This document shows, piece after piece, positions 46,771-61,205 of a stretch of 62,249 bases of DNA. Both the position numbers and the translations under genes were made by a program. Below the pieces are notes generated by a model. That model ran no database searches. It was given only the letters and a program-made list of their open reading frames with translations, and had not been told where the DNA came from. Each line of letters begins with the position of its first letter. The first letter of the stretch is position 1. Origin of the DNA: Ministeria vibrans ATCC 50519 (Eukaryota > Protista > Filasterea); NCBI GenBank assembly GCA_943704425.1, contig CALSCP010001653.1:1-62249 (forward strand). Reading direction: 5' to 3'.

Positions 46771-49745
46771 TTATTTGGATGATTTTTTCACAAGAGGTAA
46801 TTTAAGAGCACTCATAATGGTATCTGAAGGATCGTGATGGACAAGCCACTCGGTGGGAAGGGCAGTGCGGGGAGAGACGAGGCGGTCGAGATCAAAGTTG
46901 GCGTGGTCCGCGCCGGCAAGGGCGAGGCGGACACGGTGGTGGGCGCGGAAGCGGTAGCTGACGGGCTCGAGGGCAAGATCGACGCGGTGGCGGACGTGAG
47001 GGCGCAAGGGGCTGTTGAGGGCACGCGTGAGAGGTCGGAAGAAGGGGTCGATGTACCAAGGGTGTGGGTCGGGCTGGGTCGTCGAAGGGCTTTGCGGCTG
47101 GTTGGAGGCGAGCAGGACGCCCTCGGTGACGTATCGCACATCGCCCGTGGGGAGCACGTCTTCCAGGTAGACAAAAAGGGGCAGATCGGTTGCATTGCCA
47201 ATCTCAAGAGTGAGACGCAGCAGAGGGGAGCCGGTCATGGTGACGCCTTGCTTAAGTGGCTCGCTCGTAAACGTGAGCAGCTTCTTGTCGGCGAGCTTGC
47301 GGTCGTGGTACACCACCGGCTTGCCCATGAACTGTTGAACGAGATGCCAACGAGTGACGCGGCCCGACGTTGCCGTGTAGTCGACGGTGTAGGGAGTGGT
47401 CGAGCTGGTGAGGGGTCGAATGGGCGTAAGACGGTTCCCTTGGTCGAGGTAGAGTGTGCTGTGCTCGAGTTGGACCGACGTGAGCGACGGGGGTGAACTC
47501 AGCTTGCCGTCGGGAGCCTTGACGCGCGGCATTGGCCGCGGCGGGAAAGTCGCCGACGATTGCCACTTGTCGGCGTCCATGGTAAAGTAGCGCACTGGGG
47601 GTATCTTGGGCCCGCCAACGCAGGCACGGGACGACGTGGGCGCACCGGGGGAGGTGTCGATTGCGTCGAGGCACGAGAAGAAATCAACCACCTCGCGCCA
47701 TGCGTCAAAGCAGGCGCGGGTAGTGTGCTCGCTGAGCGAGGGAGAACAGGCACGACGTGCGCCGTGGGTCCAGGGTCCCAAGACCACGCGCGAGTTGGCG
47801 GGTGTGAGGTGCTCGTGCAGGCGCATGGTCGAGCGCACACTCGTCGAGTCGTAGTAGCCGCCCAGAAGAAGTGTCTTGGTTCCTTTCTCCCTCAGATGCG
47901 ACACGACACGCGCACTGATGCCCAAATCAATGGGTCGCAGCGGCAATTTCGTGACGGGATCATAGGTGAGTGTGTCATCCTTGAAGTGTACACGCTTCGC
48001 CTCGTACGCTGCTGTCATGTTCCAATTGGATGCGTGTGCCTCGACTGCACGCGCAAACGAACGGCCGTAGCCGGGCACAGGCGCCGCACCGTCAAAGAGA
48101 AGTCGAGAGAGCAGATGAGCAACGAGTGGCACATCAAGGGAGCGCGGGTAAGGGAGGTTCTGCTCAAGTGCGTGTGTGGCAAGCTGGTACTCGTGCGCAA
48201 AGGCACGGTTGTACAGACCACCGGGCGTGAACAGATCAGCGTACAAATCAACAGGCGAGAACATGATGGAAATGCCATCGAGATGTGTCTTGCTGGCCGT
48301 CAGAGCCGACGTGAGACCATCGTATGAGATGCCCGCCATAAAAAGCTTATTCTTGTAAAAGGGAAACCCTTTGACATGCTCAATTACCCGCACAATGTCG
48401 TCCAGTTCCTGATCCGACAGATCCACTGAACGCGAGCCGGACGACGCCCCCGTGCCACGGACGTCAAGCGAGACCACCGCAAAGCCCCGTGGCACAGCCT
48501 CCTGCAAGGTACAAGTAAGCAAACCAGTGAGAGGAGTACGATCAAGTAAGAGTGCGAGTTGAAAAAAAGTAAGGTCAAATTGTAAAGTAGTTAATGACGC
48601 ACGGTGTAGAGTTGTGACTGGAACACAAGGTGGTGAGTGGGAGTGTGAAGCACGAGCGTGCATCTATATTTATATTATGTGTGTGTGCAAGTGTATCCCT
48701 ACTTGAATGAGGTTGAGGACACGAGCGGGAAAGCAGTAGACTGACGAGATGCCAAGGAAGTCAAATTGAGGCGCAAACTTGCGTCGTTTCAGACAGCGGT
48801 TGTAGCGAGTCGCGACAAGGATGACGGGGAACTTGCGTTTGCTCTCGACAGTTTCATCTTTAGACTCGGGCGGCGGAAGGAAGAGGTCAAAGGCGATGCG
48901 AGCACCGCTGTCCTCTTTGGTGAGGAACGACGCAAAGGCAAACTTGTCGAGAAACTTGGCATCGACGGCAGGACCGGCTGAGGTGGACTGCCAGCGCGCA
49001 CAGTCGTTCTGGTACATCGAGGGGCGGTCAAAGAGCAGCAGGGCGAGGCGCTCCTTGACGTCGCGCTGGTGCGTGATGGCCAGCACACACAGTGCGCCCA
49101 CAAGGAGCAGGCTGAGACGGCGTCCAGTGCCGCGCACGGCTGCTGCCACGGCCGCAAACGCATACGCGACCACCCCAACGCCGTTGATCACAACTGCCGC
49201 CTGCCACAACACCGTCGACGGCGACGGCGCTCTACGAGACAGGAGAGGTCGACTAAGTCAGTGCGAGTTATTATTTATTATTAATTAGTATTGCTGTGTG
49301 TAACCACAAAAACGAAAAAAGCGAAAGACATAGCGAAAGGAATGAGTGGAGTAAATCGCAAGGCAACTTACGGGTCGACGGAAGGGACGCCGAGCAAGAC
49401 GGCAACGGCGGGATGGAGCGAGAGGAAGTCGGCGGGGGAGCTGAGGAGCTGTTCAGCGAGTCCGCGAATCAGCAGTGATCGCACGACGATCAGCGCCTGT
49501 GCGAAACGCAGTCCCAGGAGCATCGTGCGCGTCGTGGGCGACTGCGCGCGCTCCACTGCGCGTGCCAAGACGGTGCTGGAGGCAGCCAGCGCACTGAACA
49601 GCACGGCAAGGGCGAAGGGCGGCGCAGGGGGCGGAGAGTCGGGCGCCGACGCAAACAGCGAGCCAGGCTGATCGCGCACCTGCGCCGCAACCGCATACAC
49701 CCACACAAGTAAGGTGTGCACTGTCAGTAGTGTCGTGCCGATCAT
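46771..49745 (-). CDS. CocE/NonD-family serine hydrolase (peptidase S15 + PepX_C) with N-terminal multi-TM region
   Basis: Three exons. PVILVATRY, GFAVVSLDVRGTGASSG, GISYDG (nucleophile Ser), GGYYD, GPWTH, LFVYLEDV...YVTEG, RVRLALAGAD. Confidence 0.88.
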
Positions 49746-50040
49746 AAAAATATAATTATATTCTTTTAAGGTTAAAATATTTAAAATCGAATACTAAAAC
49801 CAATCAACAGCAAAACTGAAGAAACCGAATGAAGCCAAATACAGGTGTAAGAAGTCAGAGCAGATTTAGAGTACTAGAGTAGCATATATAATGCTTACGC
49901 CATTAATGATATTAGTATAATTTATTATGATTCTAATTGTTATTGTTTTTCTTTACTTCATTTGTGTACAGAACTATTCATTTCAGATCTTATTCATTAC
50001 TCCTACAATAAACAATCATTTACATTATACTCGATTTCTT

Positions 50041-53000
50041 TCATGCCTGACACACCGCCTCAATGTCAACGACAAGTGTATCGTGAGGCGTTCGCTGAAC
50101 ACACACGCGGCAGCGATAGCGACCCACTCGCTCAGGCGAAAACACTGCCTTGAGCAGCGTGTTCGACACCGCCTCAATGGCAAATGCCTCCTTGTGATTG
50201 TGCTCCACCTGTACCGTCCCACGGCCCCTCTTGATCTCTGAACCCTGTGTGAGTTGGAGGTAGAGTGTCGATGCACGCTTCTCCACCGCCGGCAACGCTC
50301 GCTTCAACTTCAAGTCGCCCGTGCGCTCGGTCGTTGCACCACCCGACGCAATGGCCAGTGCCCCCTGACGATATTCAATGATCTCAAGTGCGCTCTGAAG
50401 CTGATCGTTGTGCTCCGGCAACGACACACTCGTGGTCAATGGACCCGCTCCCAGACGTGTGTTCCATCTCAGAGTCTCACAGCAAGGACGCGGAAGGGTA
50501 CTCAGAGCCGAGAAGAGCACAGAGAATTCGCCAGTAGACGCACAGTGGAGGTGAAGCTCGCACCAGTGCCGTCCAGGCGTAAGCGGAAGGAACCGCACAG
50601 GGACGCGCGCCGTCTCGTGTGGTCCCAGGGTGACCGGCACAGCGCGCTGGCCACACAACTCAAAGGCAGAGGGTGCAGGCGCACTCGAGATTAGTGTACT
50701 CGTGGTTCCAGCGCGCATCGTCTCGTCACTCTGAGTTTTCATGTTCTGCTTTGTTGCCTCCGCCTCGACCCTTTTCTTCTTCCTCGTCGTCGTCATCGTC
50801 GTTTTGTTGTTCTTCTTCTTGCTCGTCTGTGGCGCAGTGCACGGTCGCAGGGACACGCCAAAGGCGCCGGCAGAAGCAAAGGGGTTCGTGATGTCGACAT
50901 GGACGACTAGTGACTCGTAGCATGCGCTGACATGGGACGTGTCATCATGAGGTGCTGTTGGCTCTGCAGACGTTTGGAAGGAACTCGCAGGTGCATACAG
51001 TTCAAAGGTGAGTGGAGACGGTGCTGAGCCGGTGAGGAGCTCCTGACGTGAGAGGGACTGCCGTGTGACGTCGAGCGAGAAGTCGGGTGGCGCACAGTCG
51101 TCGGGTAAGAGCATGAGCAGCGCACGCTGCTCGACACTTGCAAAACGGGCGGTGTACACGACAGGAAGCAGGGTATGCTTGCCCCCGCTGGCAACCGAGA
51201 CGGACGTGAGTGTGGGGTCGCGCAGACTGAAACTGGGCGAGCCCGTCAGGCGGATGGTGTAGGCGGTGGCGCGCGTGCGGCGGTTCCACAGCTCAATCTG
51301 CATTTCCTGCTGTGCTCCAGGTGTCTGGAGGGCATCAAAAGTGACACGCTGCTGCGGGATCATATGGGGCAGGGTGAGAAAAAGGTGAGTGCAGAGAAGG
51401 GCAATGTGGCACGGCTCGGGCTCGAGCAGGTCTGTGCTTGTGAGAGGGAAGAGGTCCAGGAGGCCCAAGTGACGCATGGTGCTCACAATGCAGTCGGCAT
51501 TGCGACGAAGGTGCTCGCGCGTGTCGCACACGTCGACCATGTGTGGTGCAATACGCGTCGCGTGCACATCGGGAACGTGGGCAGTGAGCACTCGCGCGAG
51601 CACACGACCGTCGACAAGGTCGTGCATCAACGAGCGAACGGGCTGTTCCGCTCCGCTACATTGCGCGAGCCACTGACAGAGCAGCTGTTCTCCGGACATC
51701 GACTCATTCAAATCAGTCGTAGTGCTGCTGTCACCACCACCTGCATGACGTGCAAGTCGTACCAAGGCTTGCTGGTAGGCTACAGGGGTGACACGAGCAA
51801 TGTGAAAGACGCGAACAATCTGTGCGAGCACCATGAGCCACGACTCGCGACTCACCGCCACGTGCGCCTCGTGCATCACATGCTCATAGTACGCCTCGTA
51901 GCGGTCTGTGCCAACAAGGAGCGCCGAGTGCCGTCGTTGGTCGTTCCACTCGCCAAACGCACTGAAAGACAGGAGGAATTCGGGTCGCACGGTGCTCAAG
52001 TGCGCTCCGTGCTGCTTGAGAAAGCTCAACATTGTCTCGTACATGTCGCAAAGAGGGAGTGTCTCAACGTCATAATTACACGTCGACACACCGCGACCTT
52101 TACCCTTCAGTGTTTCTTGAGCCTTCAAATGCTGCGCATGTAACTTGGGAATGTACACGCCACTAAGATGGCGCACAATCTCAAAGACCATTTGGCCCGT
52201 GTTGTCGTCGACAAACGCCGCCGGAATACTCACTGCGCGCGTCTCACTGTACACATAAATGCTGATCCAGCGCTCGAGTGTTGCACACGCGCGCTCGACT
52301 ACACGATAGCCGTCTGTGTGCTCCTCCCGCGCAACAATCACACCGGCGAGCACAGTGGCGCGTCGTGCAGTGCCACCAGTCGTCGCTGAAGTCAAGCGCG
52401 CATGATAGGAAACGAGCGAGAAGACAGACGTGTCGACGAGCCCCGACACAGGCAGGGTGGTACACAATTGATCGGTGTGTGCGTCGTAGAACTCAACGAG
52501 CACAGTGAAGGAGACACTGTGTGGCGCCGCGAGTGATACAACGACTCTGAGTGTGCCGTCGTCGACTGTCTTGTCGAATGTGTTGTGTTCCGCAACGAAC
52601 GAGATGTGCAGTGGAATGCGCTTGCAATCGGCTGGCGAGCGAGCAACAAGGGTACGCGATGGACTGGGTGCGTTGGTCATGAGACGCACCATGCCTGTGG
52701 TGGTCGTGCGGAGGGGCACGGGCGGAAGTATAAGATGGGGCATGTCAAAGAAGACGGTGGGTGTCTCGCATGTGATGGTGACGGGCACGAGTGAGCACGA
52801 CTGAGTTGACAACGGTGAAACACTGGAGGTGCACGGGGTGTACTGAAAGGCGAGTGTTGCCCGATGGTTTCCCACCGTCGAGGCAGTGGCAGACACACGT
52901 AGGTGCTGCGAATCGCGGCACGCGAGCATGCCGGACATCTCGGACAGGGAGAAGAGCCCATTGTCGTTGTTCAACAGGGACACTGTCCAGCGGAGCGCGT

Positions 53001-56000
53001 GCTCCTTGTCGACGTTGGACAGCGTGAGCGTTTTGGTGAGCACGTGCGGTGCGTTGCAATTCGCCGTACGCAGCACCTCACGACCAAAGTCGACGTTGCT
53101 ACTGTCGATGGCGAGCATTTGATGACGGGTGCGCGCCGAGACGAGTGCCTCGGCGGCAGGAGGGTCGTAAGGACGGCCGCTAGCAAGGAGGAGGCGCAGG
53201 GGAAAGGAGTAGGCTGTGTCGGCGAGCGACGGAGTGCAGCAGATGCGCAGTTGCATTGCTTGTGCTGTGGGAGGCACTTGAATGCGATAGAGATTGAGCG
53301 TCTCGTCTCGCGTCAGTTTGCCGCTCAGACGCAGTTCCCGGTTGGTCGTGAGTGCACGTCCACTCTCAAAGATGTCCTCCTCGGCAAGTGCCAGTTCGAA
53401 GTCAGGTTGATCCGTGAGATCCACAATCACATGGGCGGGGATACGGCTGCGATTGGACAGTGACAAAGGGACGCTTGTTGTGTGGCCCAGCACCACCTCG
53501 TCAAAGGTGTACTCGTCTTCGCCCAGTTCAAGGGTGGGCACGTCGACCGAGGCAGTGACGCGCACAGGCAGTGGCTCAGCTGCACCGCGCACAAGCACAC
53601 TGAAGGCGGTGTCGATGCGCGCACGACTGGTCGGCACCACGGTCACTACAAGGGTGACCGAGCCACCGGCCACCACACGACCCGCGTCGGGCTGCAACCT
53701 GCAAACGGACGACGACCCTGGCGAATTGTATGGTGATGATTGCGCGGCAAAGGTGAATGCGTGTTTGCCACGATTGACCAACGAGATGGAGCGTTCTGTC
53801 TTGGAGCGCAGTGGAATCACCCCCAAGTCGATGTGTTGCAGAGAGAGCGTCGCGGTGCCCGGATGAATGGCACTGCGGCATGCCACGGAGACCACTTCGC
53901 CGCCGAGAAGGTAGAGTTGTAACGACTGAGAGCAGACGTGTGCACTCTTGAGCGCCTCACGTACGTCCATGGTGACCACACACTCGAGTGTATCGTCGGT
54001 GGCAATTGTGCCGTAGCGTGGCTCCACGTTGAAGGCACTTTCTTCGACCTCGTGCGACATGAGTTTCTTGGCAACCGCCGTGAATCGTTCGGCCGAGACT
54101 GCCGACGCCAGTGATAAATCTTGTGCGGCCGCATGTGATGCCGACGGTGGCAACCAGCAGAAGAGAGCGGCACTGGTGTGCGACGGATTACGCACAACGA
54201 GAGGCTCATGCAAGCACAGCGTGGTTGCAGGGGTGTCGCTGTGGAAGCGAAAGACAAGGCTGGGTGAGGACAGGTGGACGCACGCGGCAACAGCAGTTGC
54301 ATCAATGGCAATGTCGCGCTGGTGTCGCCCGTTGATGGTAACGCGAGCGGAGACGCCTACAAGTGCACCTGAGGCAACACTAGGCGCATAGGCGAGGGTG
54401 AAGGAGGCGATGGCGTGCGCCGGCAAACACTGTGTGTCGATGCCGACAATGGACAAGTCGGGGTGGGCAACAGCCACGGCTATGAGCACGGCCTGGTCGA
54501 GGTCGTTGGCAAACGAAAAGGACTGTGCTTGGCTGGTGAGCACAAACGTGTCGCCGAACACAATGTTGGTGGTGGAGAAGACTACGGCGCGCAGTTGGGG
54601 TGCAGTGAGTACACGGGAACAAGCAATCTCGTCGAGAGGCGCCGGTTCGCTTGGGTGCACAGTCCTCTCGGAAGTGAGAAGATTAAGATTAAGATCGCGT
54701 GACGGGGAGCTGGCAAGGAGCTGGAGCATGGCAGTGCTGGTGCGGCGGGAGTGATGGGGGAGAGTATGTGTATAGCTGGTGCGGTGAATGACGGCCGACG
54801 AGTGTCGAGTGGTGTTTGTGGAAGGGTTAGTAGTGGTGGTGGTGGTCGTGGAGGAGGAGGAGGAGGGATCGGGAATGAATGCACGGGTGTGATTCTGTGC
54901 CGGTGGCAGTCTCAAGGGGGGGCTAGCGAGGCCGCTGCCGGGCTCCATTCCAATGTCAATCGAGTCCTGATGACTTGTAGCTGTTGTTGCCGCTGTACGT
55001 TGGCGACGTTCACTGCTGGTGCGCAAGTATCGAATGTAGCGATCGCGATTGCGAGCGCTCTGGTGCCGTTGTTGGGGACTGAGTTGGTCTGCGGTGGAGG
55101 CAGTGACGCGCGGAAGAAATGAAGTCGAAGGAACGGCACGAGTGGACAGGGGCACTGGTGTGGTTGACGAAGTACCGGTGAGGTGAAGAGTGCGCGAGGC
55201 AAGACCGCGTGCAAGAGAGACGGTGAGACGAGCGGAGAGTGCGCCGAGTTGTTTGGGTGCAAATGTGACGGTGATGGAGCGGTGTGCGTTGGCGGAGACA
55301 CTTGCGCCGTGATGAGGAGAGCAGTGGAAGTGTGCCGAGCGGTCAATGTGAAAGTCAATGGGAAGTAGAGTGTTGTGGTTGTGGAGTGTGACGTTGAGTG
55401 AAGTGGTGGCGCCGGGGGCAGTCGTGGGAAAGGTGAGACGCGCAGGGTCAAGTGAGACGTGTACTGCGGTGGCTGTGCCGCTTGCCAGTAGCTCAATGGT
55501 GTTGGTTGAGCCAAACGCGGCTATTTCCATGCGTGTTACAATAGTTTGGTCCGGGGGCGGTTTTCGTGCGTGTTTCCAAGGCGAAATAAAAAACGACGAC
55601 GAGTTGTCAGAGAAGGTTGTGTTTAGGAGGGGAGTAAACGCGAGGCGGATGGGCGACGAGGAGTGTGGGCCAATCTCGCCTTCGGGAGTGATTGCGGCAA
55701 TGGCATCGTCGTGTTGGGCCTGCTGGACGTCGGGGAGCAAGAGGAATTTGATGGTACGAGGACCGTGGTTGTGGAGGAGCGCCGCGCGTGTCGTCGACTG
55801 GCCATAGTAGACGGCGTCAAAGTGCAGCTCCGTGAGGGGTGTTGATGGGTCGCCGACGCTTGTGATGCGCAACGACTCGCTTGCAACCGTGCCTACAAGA
55901 CGTACACAAGAGGGCGCGGCGAGCGACGAGTCTGCCTGTAGTTGCAGAAAAATGCCACGTAACGAACGATCTTCAGTGGTGTCCACGGCGACACGCATGG

Positions 56001-56720
56001 TTGTGGATTCGCCTGGTTGCAGTGCACAGTAGGCGGGCATGGTGCTGACGGTGCCTGCTGCCTCTGTGGGTTCAGTGCGCACTGTGATGGCGCCCTTCTC
56101 ACGCCCTGTGTTTGTGATGCGCACCGGCAGCAGCGGACATTGCTCACCGCGCACCAGCATGCCAAAATCCAGAGTGCCTGGCAGCACTTGAAAGTGAGCG
56201 GCGGGCGCCAGAGCAACAATGGGAACCACGAGGGGTGAAGATTCGTCGCCGTTGCCCGTGCTCAGGGTGAGCACGTCGGCAGCAGTGCTGCGCTGATTGA
56301 AATTGATTTTGCCTAGGGAGCTTGAATGAAGAGCAAAAGTGACGCGAAAGCACAGTTCCATGCCGGGCGCCAGCACGACCGGTTCATCGATGGGTATCGA
56401 TGGAGTCGTTGGTAATGTCTTTACGGGTGTGGCGGCAATCAGTTCCTTCACGCTGATTCGGCTGACCCAGAAGCACTGAAAGAGGGACGATGGTTGTCAA
56501 GGCGACCGGTTATATACTGGCTTACCTTGGCTTGGGGCATGGTTACTTTGACGCGCTTGAGGCATTTGCTCACATTTTGTATTCTCAGAAACTTGGTGAC
56601 GGGCGGGTGGTCGGGAGTGGTGCCCTGAGGGAGATGGAGACAAATAAGCAAAGAAAATTAAAATTTGATGTTTGTTTGTACTTCGAATTCGAGTGAGACA
56701 GGCGATGCCCGCAAGGACAT
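50041..56720 (-). CDS. CFAP47: Cilia/flagella-associated protein with tandem ASH/PapD-like Ig domains and CH domain (CFAP47-like)
   Basis: LAPGMEL, LDFG, VYYGQ...LHNHGP, FAPKQLG, FLKQHGAHLSTVRPEFLL, WLMVLAQIVRVF, EQLLCQWL, DLVDGRVLA, LPHMIP, GEF. Two short 5' exons inferred. Confidence 0.8.
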
Positions 56721-56749
56721 CTCGGGCAGTGCAAAGTAAGTATCAAGTA

Positions 56750-56772
56750 GAGTATAATTAATTAATTATTAA

Positions 56773-56829
<57 letters not shown>

Positions 56830-57004
56830 TAATAGGAAAGTCGAGAGTTGTACTCAATGTCAAAACAAAACTATAATATACAAAACAAAGAGCATATGAT
56901 AAGAAAATAATAAGAAAATGATTAATAGAGAATCGAGAGCTAAATAATAATAGAAGAAAAAGAATCGAGAAATGTACTGAATCTCAATAATAATATTATA
57001 ATAT

Positions 57005-57077
<73 letters not shown>

Positions 57078-57105
57078 GTAATAGTAATAGTAGTAATAAT
57101 ACTAA
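56750..57105. repeat. (TAA)n microsatellite blocks between TBC1D9 and CFAP47
   Basis: Direct read: 56775-56827 and 57007-57100. Confidence 0.9.
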
Positions 57106-57130
57106 TAAATTTATTTTATATATTTTTGTA

Positions 57131-60100
57131 TTATTTATTCGTTTCTCTTTTGCTTTGCAGTACATGATCGGACGATGAGAAAAAGTCCGTGAGAAGTTGC
57201 TGAGTGAGAACACCGGCGCGCAAGAGACCCAATGGGACGCGCACACCAGGTGCAGCGCGCGTGAGGATGAAGCCAATGGTGTCGTCCTCCTCGTCTTCGC
57301 CCTCCTCGTCCGCGTCCGATTCCGCCGAGGGACTTGCGGGGGTTGTGTCGGGCTCGGTGAGTTCAAGGGCTACGCGACAACACTCGGCAATGGCACGTTC
57401 CACATCACGAACGACGGCACGGTCAGACTCATCGGGAGCAATGAGGTCGCGCATAGTACGACAGAGCTGGCCAAAGCGACGCGGCGAGAGCACGGCAAGC
57501 GTCTCGTCGTTGACCGAGCCAAACGCACGGTAGAGCAAGAGGAGCCTTTCGCCGAGTTCGCCCCAGCAGATGCACGTCATGAGTTTGGCAAACTCGACAA
57601 AGGTAATCTGGTCGTTTGCGTCGGTGTCGGCGAGACGGAAGAGTCTGTTGGCGAGTGCGACGATGCGACGACGCGGAATGAGGCGCGTCGGTATGCCACA
57701 CGATGAAGAAGAGGAAGAAGAAGGGGGCAACGGAGAAGGAGTAGCAGTAGTAGTAGAAGTCGTCGAGGTAGTCGTAGTGGCAGGGGCGGCGGCGGTGGTG
57801 GCGGTGGTGCTAGAGGTGGTGGTAGGGCCAGGGGTGTGGAGGAGGGGCAGCGCACAGAGGTCAATGTTGCCGCCCCAGGCAGTGTGAAGGGCGAAGATTT
57901 CGCGGAACTGCCGGGCGTGAATGGTTTGCTTGCGCCAAGCACATGAGTCGGAAGGACCAGACGACGACGATGTAGACGACGCGAGGGACTGCTGCTGTGC
58001 GTAGTAGGTACCACGCACACGACTCGCCTGAAAAATGTCGTAGAGAATGTTGAGTTCGGCGGTGGATGCGCGCGAGGGCTTGAGGGCAATCTCGGCTGCT
58101 TTGATGGCCGCCTGTTTGGCAGTGTCTTCGAACCCTTGCACGACGCGCAGGCGGGCCTCGGTGCGAGCCTTGTCAAGCACGACGGGGTCACAGGCGTCGT
58201 AGAAACGTGCATAGCTGATGCGGAGAATCTCGGATATGGGACTGGTCGTGCTGGACTTGTCGACGCTGAGTTCGGAGAGACATGCATTGAGGGTCGAAAT
58301 GAGTTCACCATCGTCGGTGCAGGCGAGAAGACGGGACGAAAAGGCGTCGAGGAGGGCCAAACCCACTTGAAAGAGCACTCGGGGACCGTCGAGGAAGCAG
58401 CAGTCGACAATGGCCAGGGCACAGCGTAGCGGCACTGCACTGATATAGAGCGTAAGAAACCAACTGATGCCAATCATCTGTACCACTCCCAAATGACTCA
58501 GGTGCACGTGGAGACGCGGCAGTTCGGCACGAACAAGACTCTCAAAAACAGACTGGTCAATGAGCGCGCCGACCACCTTGGTGGAGTAGTACTCGGGCAG
58601 AATGCGCTCGGCGACGGCCACAAGCAGCCAGAAAGCTTCTTCCTCGGGCGCATACAGGAGCAACACTGACGCGACAATGTTCATTGCCTGGCAGTAGCCA
58701 ATACCAGGATTGTAGAAGGCATAAGCGCGCAGCACACGACGCAGAGCACTGATGCCCCGCTCGTCCTGGTACGCCGGGTGTTCGGGCAGCGAACGGTGCA
58801 GGTCGCGCTCAATTTCATCGAGGGTAAGTGGGTTGCTGTTGCGCTCACTGTCGCGCACCAGCTGGGCGTACATGCCGGCATGCGAGCGTGCCTCGTTGGT
58901 CGCACCCGAGTACACAGACCACAGTTCGCAGCGTAGCGAGTCCGGGATGCCCTGCACCACCAACTCAGTGTCGGCAATGGTGCGGAACTTGGCCACACCG
59001 CGACCCCATGTGTCAAAGTGCATGCTCCACAGGTTCTCCTTGGCCGTCTCGCTAGCGGCAAACACCGCTGCGGCCGAGGCAGTAGCCAGGGCGGACGGAA
59101 CAGTCGTTGAAGAAGAGGAGTCCATTTGATGACCAAACGTGTGTACGAGGGGTTGGGTGCGAATGCGATTGAGGTCGTTGTCGTTGACCGACGCGCTCGC
59201 TTCTTTCGCCGTGGTCAGGGCAAGTTTCTCTTGGAGTGCCTTGAAACGCTGCTGGCCGCCCGTCTCGGGGTGCTTCCAGGCGGCAATGGCATCGGAGGCA
59301 GCGCGGAAGATGACACGGCGGTCGCGCATGCCAGCAAAGAGGAACGGGGAGGCGAGGCGATTGCGGGTGGTGATGGCAATGGCGTCGGCAAGATCATCGT
59401 TGGGTTTGGTCAACGCACACTTTTGCAAATCCCACACGGGAATAACAATGGTCACACGTTCGTCGTCCACATCCTCATTGCGCAGCGAGCCCCTAAAGCA
59501 AATGTAATGGGGCGACACGTAAATGTGACCGCGACAGTGACGAACAAGCGACGGGAGCCACACACTACACGGCTCGTCAGCCGACAGGCACTCTGCCGCC
59601 GGCAACGAGAAGAGCGCACGGTACATCTCGTTACGCGCCGACTCCTGCAGCCCGTGCTTGAGTGCGTCAACCGAGCTCTCACCAGCGCGCACTGTCGCCC
59701 CGAGAGTGCCCATTGCGTCTTCGTTGCTCTCCAGCAGACGACGCATTGCAATCTGTACCAAGGGAGAGAGATGAGTGTGTTGTCCCAGACTTGGTTGGAT
59801 GTGCACATACATACACAAATGTGTGTGTGTAAGTTATACCTTGAGAAGTTGAGTCATGAGATTGTATGTTTCGCGGCGGTGGAGGAAAAGAGAGAAGTGG
59901 AGGACGCGTTCGCGTGTTTCGATGCGGATTGCGTCGGGAATGAGTCCACGCGTCAGCTCCTTCTCAATTGATGTTACGTCTGTCCAAGGAATGGTGACGG
60001 TTGTTTCGGTTCCCAACAAATAACTAAAAGAGAGAGAGAGAGAGAAACAAAGTAAAGCCATAATGAGTGAGAGAGTGAGCAAAGTGGGTTTGGTATACCT

Positions 60101-61045
60101 GTAGAAGGAAAGGTAGTTTTCGGACAGATAAATCCAGCCTTGATGAGGAATGGAGTTTTTCCAGAGTGAGCAAGAGTAGTAGTTGGCGAGACGTTCCTCG
60201 CGAGGCATGTGGGGAAAGCGTTGGTGAAAAGCGTTGTCGGCGGTGGCAAACTTTTTCGTTTCAGTGTCTGACAGTGCTGAACAACGAGAGACAACAACAA
60301 TAATAATAATAAGTATGAGTATGATTAATGTGGATCATATTCGTCCAATCGAGCATGTAGAGAGCAGGAGGACAGAGAGAGAGGAGGGTGCTCGTGGGGA
60401 GTGGCATGGGCCAGAAGGGCGAGGACGGCGCAGTCCACCCAGTGCATATCATCCCCAGTGCATCATTGGGAGTTGTTGAGTGTTGGATGCGCTACCTTGA
60501 GAGCCTTGCTCGTTGGCCACCAGGGCTTCGACTTTGGTGCAAATAAAGTCGCGGGCTTCGAGCGGGTCGTCAAAGGCGCTCAGGGACGCTGTAAAAGTGG
60601 TGCAAAGCCAATGGTAATCTTTGTCGATTTCCTACAAAACGAAGAAAAAAGCAAAAGTGCCACGAAAACAAGAGACGAGCGGCGAGCGGGGCACGGATGC
60701 AATGATAAGTGTGAGGCGATGGAAGCGGGAGGGGGGGTGGAGGGGGAGCGAGTGAGAGTGTTTTTGGGGGTTAGAGGGGAAAGTTCCCCTTTGGCCACAC
60801 TCGATGTGTACCGCTTGCGTGACGGCCGTGGAAATGACATAGTGGACGTCGCTTTCCTTGACGGTCAAGAGGATGCGGTACGGCTTGGGCGCCGCCTCGC
60901 GTAGGTTGTCGAAGGTGGAGATGAGAGTGGCGCCCAAGCCAGTGCCCTGCGAACGGCGCCGCTGCACGCAGAAGTAGTCGTTGGAGTGGATCACTTCCCA
61001 CAGTGGCGTGCCCGCAATCAGAAGTTCCGACGGCTTCACCCACAT
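57131..61045 (-). CDS. TBC1D9: TBC1D8/TBC1D9-family Rab-GAP (2 GRAM + TBC + EF-hand), spliced
   Basis: MWVKPSELLIA start; EERLANYYSCSLWK; GIPDSLRCELW; IERDLHRSLPEHP; IGYCQAMN; DTDANDQITFVEF. The 3' end is uncertain (possible extra terminal exon). Confidence 0.92.
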
Positions 61046-61205
61046 GTTTAATATATTTTTGAATTTTTGAGAGTGAGAGTTAGAAGTTGAGACACAAGTC
61101 AGTAAAGTTGATTGGTGATCAGTCACTGATCAGGTCTTGGTGATCGGTCTCTCAACAACGAACAAATATTCAAATAATACGTCTTATTAATTAAGTTGTG
61201 TGCAA

